DNA of 53,184 nucleotides from an uncultured Gammaproteobacteria bacterium (GTDB lineage: Bacteria; Patescibacteriota; Microgenomatia; Levybacterales; UBA12049), in the NCBI GenBank assembly GCA_964549385.1, contig CAZJVI010000001.1, positions 1 to 53,184 on the forward strand, written 5' to 3'. A program made the position numbers and the translations under genes. Position 1 is the first letter of the stretch, and each line of letters opens with the position of its first letter. The notes beneath the pieces were generated by a model. It had not been told where the DNA came from. It did not search any database and was given only the letters and a program-made list of their open reading frames with translations. Positions 44,490-53,184 of the stretch are shown one piece after another.

Positions 44490-46013
44490 CTATCGCCAGG
44501 ACAAATCACATACCATTGTAGGATCTGAGGGATGCTTTACTCTTTTAGGGCCCAACTTGTATTTCTGAATCTTGATATCTTGAATCATTTTGGTGGCGAT
44601 AGGTTTTTTCTTTATACTGACACTCGCTGTTTTCCAAAAAACAGGATCTGTATGAGAACTTGCCAAAGTTGGCTCGTAAATAAGATATGTCGCAGATTCT
44701 TTGGTACAAAGAGATCCCTGTCCCTTGTATTTTCCGCTTAAATCATCATAGCTCATTGCATATTTTATTGAATAGCCAAAAATATCTGGTGAATAAACAT
44801 AATATCCAAAATCTTGATGTGTATCTTTATAAATATAATCAGCAACTTCTTTATTGACTATCCAAGATGAAGTATCTTTACCCGAAAGATCATTTTGCCA
44901 AACATTCACCGTGGTAATTCCATTCTTTATCATAAAAACCATAAGGATTGTAAAAGAAATAACAAATATACGTTTATCCAACTTCTGATATGCTGAGCCC
45001 AAAACTATTGATAAAATAGGATTAAAACCCCAGTAATAGTAATTCCAAACAGACCCTTTAAATAAAAATGTCACACACCAAAAGCCAATAAGATAAAGAT
45101 AAACAAGTAAAACAAATGTCCGCTGTCCTGATTTTTTTGCTCTATACCATAGATAAAATATGAAGGCATTAAGAAGAACAAAAATGGTATTAACAACAGG
45201 AGTGTTAATACTGATAAGATTTACTGAATCAAGAAATCCATCTAGCCTATTATGAGCAACTTCGGGATAGGTTATTTGTACAAAATCTGAAGAATTATGA
45301 TGAAAAATAAAATCATACAGTGCGCGGGTTTCAATAAAATTATGGCGTAATTCAAAAACGATATAAGTAGATAATGGGATAAAAGCAATAAACCATACTA
45401 ATTGATATTTAATTTGTTTTCTTCGAATCAATATAATAAGAGAAAGTATAAAGGTAATGAATAACATTATTGAGCCAAAAGCAGGCTGAAATTGAAAAAG
45501 CAGTCCACAAATAAACGCTGACCAACATAAGTAACGAATTCGTTTTTTTTCAATAAATAGATATACAAAATAAAATAAAAACGGAGAAACAATGACAGGA
45601 GCAAAACTTTGCGTAAAACCTGGAGCAAGAAAAAGTATCGTATAAATAAATAATGTTACTGAAAAAATTGCTATTTCATTATTGAAGACCTTTTTTGTTA
45701 TATAAAAAACTGCAGCAAGACCAAAAAGAGTAAGTAAGAGCCAAAAATATCCAACAACAATTGGATTACCATTACCAATAAGAAATGCGGGAAGATTTAA
45801 ATAAAGCCAAATTGGGCCGAAAAATGTTCCAGGTATTCCTCCCGCACGAGGGCCAATAAGTGTAAGTTTATGATTCACGACTATATCTTGAATCAATAAA
45901 AAATCTCTTGCGATATCTGTGTGGAACAACAAATCTCCATGTAAAAGATGGAACGAAAAAAGATAAATACCATACGCTATGGATGCTATACACAGTACAA
46001 GAAAATATTTCAT
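44490..46013 (-). CDS. Polytopic membrane protein, GT-C-like (ArnT/PMT-related?)
   Basis: 507 aa with about 11 TM helices. The first loop is HGDLLFHTDIARDFLLIQDI...LIGPRAGGIPG, and a C-terminal soluble domain follows. There is an ATGA overlap with the upstream GT2. Confidence 0.45.
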   Translation of the reverse strand: MKYFLVLCIASIAYGIYLFSFHLLHGDLLFHTDIARDFLLIQDIVVNHKLTLIGPRAGGIPGTFFGPIWLYLNLPAFLIGNGNPIVVGYFWLLLTLFGLAAVFYITKKVFNNEIAIFSVTLFIYTILFLAPGFTQSFAPVIVSPFLFYFVYLFIEKKRIRYLCWSAFICGLLFQFQPAFGSIMLFITFILSLIILIRRKQIKYQLVWFIAFIPLSTYIVFELRHNFIETRALYDFIFHHNSSDFVQITYPEVAHNRLDGFLDSVNLISINTPVVNTIFVLLNAFIFYLWYRAKKSGQRTFVLLVYLYLIGFWCVTFLFKGSVWNYYYWGFNPILSIVLGSAYQKLDKRIFVISFTILMVFMIKNGITTVNVWQNDLSGKDTSSWIVNKEVADYIYKDTHQDFGYYVYSPDIFGYSIKYAMSYDDLSGKYKGQGSLCTKESATYLIYEPTLASSHTDPVFWKTASVSIKKKPIATKMIQDIKIQKYKLGPKRVKHPSDPTMVCDLSWR

Positions 46014-46870
46014 GAATGCAGTGAGATGAGATAGGCTCTCGGGAAGCGAAGAGCAGAAAAGAATGAGAAAACAAATCCCGGAAACCCATCCTTAAATCCT
46101 TTATGCCGACCATATGTTAACACAAACCACCAAACAGGCAAAACCAAAAGATACTGCAAAGGAGCATAAAATGTTTTGTTTTTTTTGGTTTCTTTTAATT
46201 CTGTCGCCAATAAATTGATATACCGCTTGTTACGAGCAAGATATCGATCAAACGTTGGTGAATCTCTATGAAAAAGATCATTCTGAAGCCAGCCAACTTT
46301 TCCTTTTACCACCATTTGCTCATGGACGTCCTTTGCGGGAAGATAAGCCTTGTCTTTTTTAATCAAACGGATGACACCGTCAGGATATACACCTCCGTAG
46401 CGCATATAATGCCCGAGAAAATAATTAAGACGCGGGATAAAAAACGCACAATATTCACTCGTATTCTCACCTATTGCACCGTCACGTTTTTCAAGAAGTT
46501 CCTGATGTCTGAGCAATAATCTCCGATTTGGAAGTTTTTTCTGATATGCTTCAATTTCTTCATCAGTCATCGAAATAATATTCATCATTTCTTTTGCCAA
46601 AGCCGGACTTACTATTTCATCAGCATCTAACTGCAAAATCCATTCATTTTTTGCCATCTCAATGGCTTTTTGTTTATTGATATGAAATATTGGTGGATTA
46701 TCAGTGACGAGAACTTTTGAGCCGAATTTTTTTGCAATTTCGACAGTTTTATCTGTTGATGTACCGTCAACAATAACGATTTCATCAGCAATTTCTTTCA
46801 CGGAAGCAAGGCATGCCTCAAGATTTTTTTCTTCATTAAATACTGCGAGAGCAACTGAAAGTTTTTTCAT
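46010..46870 (-). CDS. Glycosyltransferase family 2
   Basis: LSVALAVFNEEKNLEACLASV, IVIVDGTSTDKT and ILQLDADEIV. Confidence 0.85.
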   Translation of the reverse strand: MKKLSVALAVFNEEKNLEACLASVKEIADEIVIVDGTSTDKTVEIAKKFGSKVLVTDNPPIFHINKQKAIEMAKNEWILQLDADEIVSPALAKEMMNIISMTDEEIEAYQKKLPNRRLLLRHQELLEKRDGAIGENTSEYCAFFIPRLNYFLGHYMRYGGVYPDGVIRLIKKDKAYLPAKDVHEQMVVKGKVGWLQNDLFHRDSPTFDRYLARNKRYINLLATELKETKKNKTFYAPLQYLLVLPVWWFVLTYGRHKGFKDGFPGFVFSFFSALRFPRAYLISLHS

Positions 46871-48594
46871 AAATTATCTTTTGGATCAACGAGCAAAATT
46901 GCAGGTGTCCCATCAGGATTATAAATTGCTTCTTTGGCAACAATGTTATTCGGAAAATCGCTTACTGATCCAACATATAATACATTTTTCTTATCTTTTT
47001 CTGTAGTCCAGTTGAATGTTGTAAATTCATATTTTCCAAATGTATGATAGTCGGTTGTTACATTTTCTCCTTGAGAAACGAGTTGTTGATATTGCTGCGG
47101 TGGATAACGCAAATAAAATAAGAAAAACATGTATGACTCATCCATTGGCGTTTTATCCGAGACAACAATTTTCTGATAATTACCCTGTATCTGCTCTATT
47201 TGCGAAATCGCTTGTGCATAGCCATATTGCCAATCAGACGCATTGTAATAATTCTGCTGAACAAAATACTGATTTAAGTAATATACAAAATTAAAGCATC
47301 CAATAAGAAGAATAGTACAAACGATAACAATCCGCAAACGGTAATTTTTAATTTGTGACTCATTACTAAAAAATAAATAATTAAAAACTGTAATATATCC
47401 TAGTGCTGCAAAAATTAAGAGCATAGGCAACATATTCATCGTCCTTACTGCATGAGGGACCTCAAAGGTAATTGCTGCGGGGAGCGGTGCGAGCAAAAGC
47501 CACGAAAAAACAACAAATTTTGTCTTCTTGTCAATTTTTCCAAAAATGAACCAATAAAGACCAATAAGAAGAAACGGTAAATCAATAATGTAAAACAAAC
47601 CCATACCTGGCGCATGATGCCGGGGGTTGTCACCCTCAAGAAAAAGCCAGTTGGGGTCAAAATGAATAAGATATGCCGCAATTATTTCCTTAACGTAAAT
47701 AACTCTTCTATTATCAATTACTGAGCCAATTATGTCGTGATTGTCTTTATCGTTTTTCAAACGGGTAATTGTCGTTTGGAGAAGTTGTGTTTTTTGTGAG
47801 AAAAGACTTGTTCCCTCGGCACGTTCGAGCGAACTAGCATTGGTGAGAATAAACATCAATGTCGGAAGAGTAGCTATGAATCCGACAATAACTGCATAAA
47901 CGAGATACTTTTTTGAAATGACAAATATTTCTTTCCAATAAATAATTATCATCGCCAAAACCAAAAGCGGCGTAAAAACTCTTTCACTTTGATAGACTGC
48001 TAAATTTAATCCTGCAAAGAGCATCGACAATGAAAGCATCCACGGTTTTTTTAATCCTTTAAGAAAAAATAGTCCGATGAGTAAATTGAACGTTAAACCA
48101 GTATTTGTCTCAAAGGCGGTTCGAGAAAATTGTATCTGCCAAGGGGAAACTGCAAGCAAGAAAGCTGAAACTAATGCTAAAACTTCAGCGTAGTTCTGTG
48201 TTCTATTCCGCGTAGTTTCGCGATTCCCAAACAACTCCTTCACAAAAAAATACATTGCCAAAATTCCCAAAACTCCCATGGCAACTGATGGCAAACGGAC
48301 TGCATAAACAGTTAAACCCATAACAGCAACCGTTGGAACTGCAAGATACGCATACAGTGCAGGTTTATAATCATCAAAAGAACGAAGAACAGCCGGCATA
48401 AACGTGCCAAACTCATCACGTCCTGTATGCAGAATCGAATAGGCATCGTAACCAAGAGCAACTTCATCCCAATCAGGTGAAACTGGCACACTTCCCAACT
48501 GCCATAAACGTAATGCTAAACCAAGTAATAAAATAATTACTAAAATACTTACAGAAAATTTTTTATTTATAAAATACGATTTCAAGTTTGTCAT
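46867..48594 (-). CDS. GT39/GT83-type GT-C glycosyltransferase (ArnT / protein O-mannosyltransferase-like)
   Basis: LRLWQLGSVPVSPDWDEVALGYDAYSILHTGRDEFGTFMPAVLRSFDDYKPALYAYLAVP and AVRLPSVAMGVLGILAMYFFVKELF match the PMT_2/ArnT-like N-terminal region. Confidence 0.8.
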   Translation of the reverse strand: MTNLKSYFINKKFSVSILVIILLLGLALRLWQLGSVPVSPDWDEVALGYDAYSILHTGRDEFGTFMPAVLRSFDDYKPALYAYLAVPTVAVMGLTVYAVRLPSVAMGVLGILAMYFFVKELFGNRETTRNRTQNYAEVLALVSAFLLAVSPWQIQFSRTAFETNTGLTFNLLIGLFFLKGLKKPWMLSLSMLFAGLNLAVYQSERVFTPLLVLAMIIIYWKEIFVISKKYLVYAVIVGFIATLPTLMFILTNASSLERAEGTSLFSQKTQLLQTTITRLKNDKDNHDIIGSVIDNRRVIYVKEIIAAYLIHFDPNWLFLEGDNPRHHAPGMGLFYIIDLPFLLIGLYWFIFGKIDKKTKFVVFSWLLLAPLPAAITFEVPHAVRTMNMLPMLLIFAALGYITVFNYLFFSNESQIKNYRLRIVIVCTILLIGCFNFVYYLNQYFVQQNYYNASDWQYGYAQAISQIEQIQGNYQKIVVSDKTPMDESYMFFLFYLRYPPQQYQQLVSQGENVTTDYHTFGKYEFTTFNWTTEKDKKNVLYVGSVSDFPNNIVAKEAIYNPDGTPAILLVDPKDNL

Positions 48595-48622
48595 CTTAAA
48601 TCTTTAATCATCAATCTTTAAT

Positions 48623-50272
48623 CTACTTTGTATATGCCACCAGCGTCGGTGTACCATCTAAATTATAGAATCTTTTAAGTATCGTAGCTTTTGGCGGAAC
48701 ATGTGCAGCATCAGCGATATAAAGGATACCTTTCTGAACCGTTATTGGCGGATCGGAAAAGAATTGATAATGCCCAAACCCGTTAACATGAACAAAACCA
48801 AATGTATCAGTATACATATTTACTGTTTTCCGAAATTCTTGAGGAGGATATCTCAGATAAAATAATGTGTAAATATAACCGCGTTCAATTCCCGAGATAT
48901 CAACTGTTTTATAATTTTGCTGTTGTGTACCGATATATTGTACAGCCTGTTTATAACCGTATTGCCATTCTGCAGAAAATTCTTCGGGATAATGGATATA
49001 ATAGCCATGCAAATAATATTCAACAAAAATAAATAAAATAATCAAAAATAAACTCACCATTTGTTTTTGATATCTTTTTATCATAAGCATAATTGTCACA
49101 AATCCATAGGCGCTCAAAATTTGCCATGTAGGAAGTGTCGCTTCAGTTCTTAAAGCATGCGGTGTCGGCAACGAAACAGCAGCGGGAATAATGCCGATAA
49201 GAAGCCAAACAGGAATAATCCACCATTTCCCTTCTCTTTTACGAAAGAGCAATAAAACTCCAGCAACAAGAAAAGGCAAATCCCACAAATACATTTCTCC
49301 GACATCTTGTGTTGAAAATTTTGGATTGGGATCCCCTTGAATGAAAAGAAAATTCGGATTAAATTGGTCAAAATAATGTTCTAAGAAATCTTCGGCGAAT
49401 AAAACTCTGCGATTGTGAATTATTTTTGACCACAAAGTATTATGATCATTTACTATTTCTTGATTAGACATTTTAATGACGTTAATATCAGAAAAAATAT
49501 TTACTTCTTGATAACGAAGTCTTGCTTGCGATGAAAAAAGAAACGGCATAATTGGAAGAAGTACCACTATGCCGATAACAAATGCGGTAATTGTTGCTTT
49601 TCTTATTTTCAGAAGTGGTTTTATATGTCCCAAGGTAAGTGCGATAAACAAAATCGGCGCATCAACTCTCACACTGTTAAAAGTATACATGCATAATACG
49701 AAACACAAAACAGATAAAATAAGCAACATAGGCCTTTTTCTCACAGCGTAAAGAAACAACCAGACGCCGGTAACAATGAGAAAACTTGCAACATTTGCCT
49801 CAAACGCTGCACGCGAGAGCATAATATTCCATGGAGAAACTGCAAGAATCAAAGCAGCCATCAGAGCAACCCATTCTGTGTAGTTTCGTGTTCCATTCTG
49901 CGTAGATCCGCGATTTTCAAACAATTCTTTCACCAAAAAGTAGGTTACCAGTACAGTAAGTGTTCCGAAAAGCGCAGAAGGGAATCGTACGGCAAATTCA
50001 GTAAGCCCAAAAAGCCAAACAGGTATTACAGTAAGATATGCATAGACCGGCGGTTTGTAATCACCAAAAGAAATAAATGACGTATACGGTAAGAAATGTC
50101 CAAACTCGTCTTTACCGTCAGTGCCCACTGCGTACGCATTGTACCCCCACGCAACTTCATCCCACGTCAATGATGGCGGATTTATTCCCAGCTGATAAAA
50201 CCGCAGAAAAGCGGCAAGAATAACTATCAAAAATAACAGTATCCATGGCTTTTGAAATATCTTTAAACTCAT
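48623..50272 (-). CDS. GT39/GT83-type GT-C glycosyltransferase (tandem paralogue)
   Basis: LRFYQLGINPPSLTWDEVAWGYNAYAVGTDGKDEFGHFLPYTSFISFGDYKPPVYAYLTVIP. It is colinear with 46867..48594, including LAVSPW.I..SR.AFE and YLRYPPQ. Confidence 0.8.
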   Translation of the reverse strand: MSLKIFQKPWILLFLIVILAAFLRFYQLGINPPSLTWDEVAWGYNAYAVGTDGKDEFGHFLPYTSFISFGDYKPPVYAYLTVIPVWLFGLTEFAVRFPSALFGTLTVLVTYFLVKELFENRGSTQNGTRNYTEWVALMAALILAVSPWNIMLSRAAFEANVASFLIVTGVWLFLYAVRKRPMLLILSVLCFVLCMYTFNSVRVDAPILFIALTLGHIKPLLKIRKATITAFVIGIVVLLPIMPFLFSSQARLRYQEVNIFSDINVIKMSNQEIVNDHNTLWSKIIHNRRVLFAEDFLEHYFDQFNPNFLFIQGDPNPKFSTQDVGEMYLWDLPFLVAGVLLLFRKREGKWWIIPVWLLIGIIPAAVSLPTPHALRTEATLPTWQILSAYGFVTIMLMIKRYQKQMVSLFLIILFIFVEYYLHGYYIHYPEEFSAEWQYGYKQAVQYIGTQQQNYKTVDISGIERGYIYTLFYLRYPPQEFRKTVNMYTDTFGFVHVNGFGHYQFFSDPPITVQKGILYIADAAHVPPKATILKRFYNLDGTPTLVAYTK

Positions 50273-50285
50273 TTCAAAACATTTT

Positions 50286-50299
50286 GCGTGGTTCCACGC
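50286..50299 (-). other. Small GC-rich stem-loop between the GT2 and GT39 genes
   Basis: GCGTGG tt CCACGC, effectively a 5-bp stem with a 4-nt loop. It is conspicuous in an AT-rich spacer, but no U-tract follows. Confidence 0.2.
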
Positions 50300-50311
50300 T
50301 CTATTCCAATT

Positions 50312-51028
50312 TTACTCAACAAATCGATATTTTAGCAACGTCAAAAGAGCTTTTGTCCCATCTCTCACAGCATAAAGTTTTTTCCCTCCATCATATCCTC
50401 TTGGAGTAGTATGAATAGAAACTTCAGCGATTTGGTATCCTCTTTTCAAAAGTTTCGCGGTAATTTCAGGCTCAAATTCAAAGCCTCTTGCATGTAATTG
50501 AATATCCTTCAACGCTTTTCGAGGAATCAATTTATAACAACACTCCATATCGGTCACCCAATAACCATATAAAATACTTGTTATTAAACTCAAAAATCTG
50601 TTCCCAAAATAATGCAATAAATAAAATGTTTTAACATCTTCTTTAATATTTGGCAATCGCTTCAATCGTGTTCCATACACAACAGGTTTGTCGCCATCTT
50701 CAAGCTTTTTGAGAAGTTTTTTAATATCCTCTGGATTATATTCCAAATCCGCATCTTGAATGATAATGTAGTCGCCTGTTGCGTATTTCAAACCGGTTCG
50801 TACCGCCGCACCTTTCCCCTGATTTTTTTTGTGTACAAACAATTTTATTTTTTTCAACTGTAAATTTTTAATTTGAGCTTTAGAATTATCAGTTGACCCG
50901 TCATCAACGACAATGTATTCAACATGCTCTATGGGAAACCTCACCGATAAAACTCTTTTAAGAAGCTGAGCAACAGTATGCTCTTCATTGAAAACAGGAA
51001 TAATAATTGATAATTTTTTTATTGGCAT
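50312..51028 (-). CDS. Soluble GT2, polyprenyl-phosphate sugar synthase-like (DPM1/Ppm1-type)
   Basis: LSIIIPVFNEEHTV, YIVVDDGSTDNS and the canonical IIIQDADLEYNPEDI. 238 aa with no TM helix. Confidence 0.75.
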   Translation of the reverse strand: MPIKKLSIIIPVFNEEHTVAQLLKRVLSVRFPIEHVEYIVVDDGSTDNSKAQIKNLQLKKIKLFVHKKNQGKGAAVRTGLKYATGDYIIIQDADLEYNPEDIKKLLKKLEDGDKPVVYGTRLKRLPNIKEDVKTFYLLHYFGNRFLSLITSILYGYWVTDMECCYKLIPRKALKDIQLHARGFEFEPEITAKLLKRGYQIAEVSIHTTPRGYDGGKKLYAVRDGTKALLTLLKYRFVE

Positions 51029-51036
51029 TTTGACTA

Positions 51037-53184
51037 TTATAGCAAGCTATCTGAAAAGAGAACATGGTGATTTCCTTTTGGCAATAATACGCCGCGGAAA
51101 TTATAGTCTGTACGATAAATTTTTTGTATTTTACCATCAACTGTGACATGCCATGTTGAATAAAATGTATCTGTTAAAACGAGAAATGTATCCCCTTCAC
51201 TTTGAGTTGAAAGAGAAATCGAATTCGCTTGATAATTTATTATACTTGCAGAACCTGTCATAAAATTTTTCTTTGAAGAATCCCAACCTTCGACAATTGC
51301 AGTATTATGCAAATTTATTTTCAGATCAAAGAGAGAATCAATCGCTTCTTGTTTATTTGAAACTGCTTTTATATTGGTAACAAAAAACACTCGAGGGAAA
51401 GCTTTTATATTTTTATAAACCCTTGTTTGTCCTTCAGTAAATACTTTTTGCAATTTTGGATCATTGAGATCAGAAAGACTCATGATATATTTAACTCCGA
51501 ATAAATCAATAAGACGTGAGTCGACATTTGTCGACGTAATAATTCGGTTAAAACCAAAAGGCGCATGAATATCAGGCTTATTTCTTCCAGTCGCAACTAG
51601 CATTTCTCCATAGCGTTGTAAATAAAGTGGATCATAGCCGTCAAGACTTTGCAGATGATACATGACAGAAAAATTCGGTGGCAGTATCTCAGAATCTGTC
51701 TCGATAATTCGAAATTGCCCTTTTTGATCCTGCAAATATGATAAAGCAGCAGTCGATGGGAACAAATAATTTTCTGGAGTAAATGGAATAAATTTATCCG
51801 CGAATCGGAAAAGATCAATAACAGAAATAAAAAGTAAAATAATTATCAACGCAAAACTAGCCTTCTTTTGTTTGATAAAAACCGTCCCAGAAAGAAACAC
51901 TGTGATAAGAGTAAGAAACACAGTTGGCAAGAAAAGATTATGTTTGGAGATTGATATTGAATCTGGTGAGATATGCAATGTTTTATAACCTGATAAAACA
52001 AAAAACCACAATCCAGCAAATATAATAAAAATAAAGATTATTGGATACAGAATCTTTTTCTTTTTTTTACTAGTAATGTAAAAGTCCAAACCTAATGCAG
52101 CAAGAATACTTAATGAAAAATCAGTTAGAAAAAGCAAACGAGTTGGCTGTGACGTCGCAAAAAAAGGCATCTGGAGAATATAAGGAATCTTTGCAAAAAT
52201 AGTTGGCAAAGAAAAAATCAATGAAAGAAAAAAGAAAGTGCCGAAGAAAAATGTTTTTTTATCATGACGATAAAAGAGTGCAAAAATGGCCATAATAAGC
52301 GGCAAAATCCCCACATATCCGATGAATTCTCCATAATTCCAAATACCCCAATAATTGAGGGTTGCCGGATTACCGAAGAAATCCGGTGCAACAAGCTGAA
52401 CGAGATTTTGCCATGGGATGAACCAACCAGGTTGCTGCCAACTATTCAACTGATCTGCATTTCTCGCGCTCTGAAAAATAAATTGTGCTGTCGGTAACCA
52501 CTGAATTGAAGTAAATAATAAAAAACAAACTCCAAGAAGTAAAAATAAAGAAAATATCTTTTTTGATTTCCCAAGCTGTACCCATCGACCAAAAAAGTAA
52601 CAAGCAGCAATAAAAGCAAGATAAAAGAAGGGTTGTAAATGCCCCGCAAAAAAAGCAAAAGTCAAACTTAAAAGAAAAACAACAAACCACACGTAAAGAT
52701 TTTTAATTTTAAACTGTAATTTTAATTTTTGACTTTTGAACTTTGAATTTTTAAACGCGTCAAAACCCCAAAAAATTTTATCAATCGAAAGTAGTACTAA
52801 AGGTGTCCAAGCAACAACACTATCTAAGGTTCCCCATTCCAACCACGCAATTGAAAATCCGCAAAATGAAAAAACAAATGCTCCAAGAAAACATGCGACA
52901 TAGGATAATCGCAAATGACGTAAATAGAAATACAAAAAAATCCCAGCAAGGATAGGCTGAAGCATAACAAGTAGTGACCAACCAATCGCAAAAGGGAAAA
53001 TGAACAACAAAATATTTAATGGATAAAACGCGGCTGTTTGGAAATTTGCCATCAGCGGCGTCCCGCCAAAACTGTATGGATTCCATAATGGAAGTTGTCC
53101 CATCTTTTCTAATGAAACGGCAAGGAAACGCCATGGATATTGTTGCCTAACAGGATCGGTAATTAAGAAATTTTTGTACGGAAT
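51037..53184 (-). CDS. YfhO-family GT-C membrane protein; partial, 5' end runs off the right edge
   Basis: QLPLWNPYSFGGTPLMANFQTAAFYPLN, more than 12 TM helices, and the C-terminal FYSTWHVTVDGKIQKIYRTDYNFRGVLLPKGNHHVLF. Hand translation upstream of the track's Met (53103) stays open to 53184: IPYKNFLITDPVRQQYPWRFLAVSLEK-MGQ. Confidence 0.7.
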   Translation of the reverse strand: MPYKNFLITDPVRQQYPWRFLAVSLEKMGQLPLWNPYSFGGTPLMANFQTAAFYPLNILLFIFPFAIGWSLLVMLQPILAGIFLYFYLRHLRLSYVACFLGAFVFSFCGFSIAWLEWGTLDSVVAWTPLVLLSIDKIFWGFDAFKNSKFKSQKLKLQFKIKNLYVWFVVFLLSLTFAFFAGHLQPFFYLAFIAACYFFGRWVQLGKSKKIFSLFLLLGVCFLLFTSIQWLPTAQFIFQSARNADQLNSWQQPGWFIPWQNLVQLVAPDFFGNPATLNYWGIWNYGEFIGYVGILPLIMAIFALFYRHDKKTFFFGTFFFLSLIFSLPTIFAKIPYILQMPFFATSQPTRLLFLTDFSLSILAALGLDFYITSKKKKKILYPIIFIFIIFAGLWFFVLSGYKTLHISPDSISISKHNLFLPTVFLTLITVFLSGTVFIKQKKASFALIIILLFISVIDLFRFADKFIPFTPENYLFPSTAALSYLQDQKGQFRIIETDSEILPPNFSVMYHLQSLDGYDPLYLQRYGEMLVATGRNKPDIHAPFGFNRIITSTNVDSRLIDLFGVKYIMSLSDLNDPKLQKVFTEGQTRVYKNIKAFPRVFFVTNIKAVSNKQEAIDSLFDLKINLHNTAIVEGWDSSKKNFMTGSASIINYQANSISLSTQSEGDTFLVLTDTFYSTWHVTVDGKIQKIYRTDYNFRGVLLPKGNHHVLFSDSLL

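Noticed and set aside
48181-48250. G+C-richer patch shared by the two GT39-like genes (also 49861-49940)
   Set aside because: It is explained by paralogy. It encodes the conserved polar insert and following helix in both proteins, so it is not an independent DNA element.
52699-52752. Degenerate 7-8-nt periodic A/T tract inside the YfhO-like gene (encodes KFKSQKLKLQFKIKN)
   Set aside because: The repeat is imperfect and stays in frame, consistent with a Lys-rich cytoplasmic loop in an AT-rich genome. There is no evidence of function beyond low complexity.
1-53184. Alternative genetic code (UGA recoded, as in some candidate phyla)
   Set aside because: TGA serves as the stop in the many ATGA junctions, where a new, independently recognisable protein starts immediately. 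All long ORFs are intact under the standard bacterial code.

Overview
AT-rich, tightly packed bacterial window, about 30% G+C by eye. It reads from end to end as one cell-envelope glycan biosynthesis super-locus. I support 46 CDS, 39 on the minus strand and 7 on the plus strand. I found no rRNA or tRNA genes, no CRISPR array, and no transposase, integrase or phage module. Inventory: 9 polytopic GT-C-like proteins, made up of 4 paralogous AftD/DUF3367-like, 2 tandem GT39/ArnT-like, 1 YfhO-like and 2 unclassified. There is also 1 Wzy_C/O-antigen-ligase-like protein and 9 GT2 enzymes. Three of the GT2s look like GtrB/DPM1-type polyprenyl-phosphate-sugar synthases. There are 7 full GT4/GT-B enzymes plus 1 N-domain-only fragment, and 6 SAM methyltransferases (one FkbM-type). 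Five extended-SDR enzymes include GalE and a GDP-mannose-3,5-epimerase-like protein. The rest are 2 O-acyl/acetyltransferases, a Wzx-type flippase, a xylose-isomerase-like TIM-barrel protein, a DAO-type FAD oxidoreductase, 2 tiny multi-TM proteins and 1 Ser/Thr-rich secreted protein. Both edge genes are partial. The left one (1..1282, minus) is absent from the ORF track and was translated by hand. The right one (YfhO-like) stays open upstream of the track's start, out to 53184. Genes are strongly coupled, with nine ATGA stop/start overlaps, and Shine-Dalgarno sequences are almost absent. Most interesting points: (1) the four AftD-like GT-C paralogues, each next to methyltransferases; (2) a plus-strand cassette that may build or remodel a dedicated lipid-linked sugar; (3) an intergenic palindrome built from 7-nt-periodic TAGG units, whose 12-mer core recurs 43 kb away; (4) a compositionally distinct secreted protein with its own promoter inside the locus. 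The low G+C and gene content resemble uncultivated CPR/Patescibacteria-like genomes, but taxonomy cannot be established from this window. All family calls rest on motif recognition by eye, not on searches.
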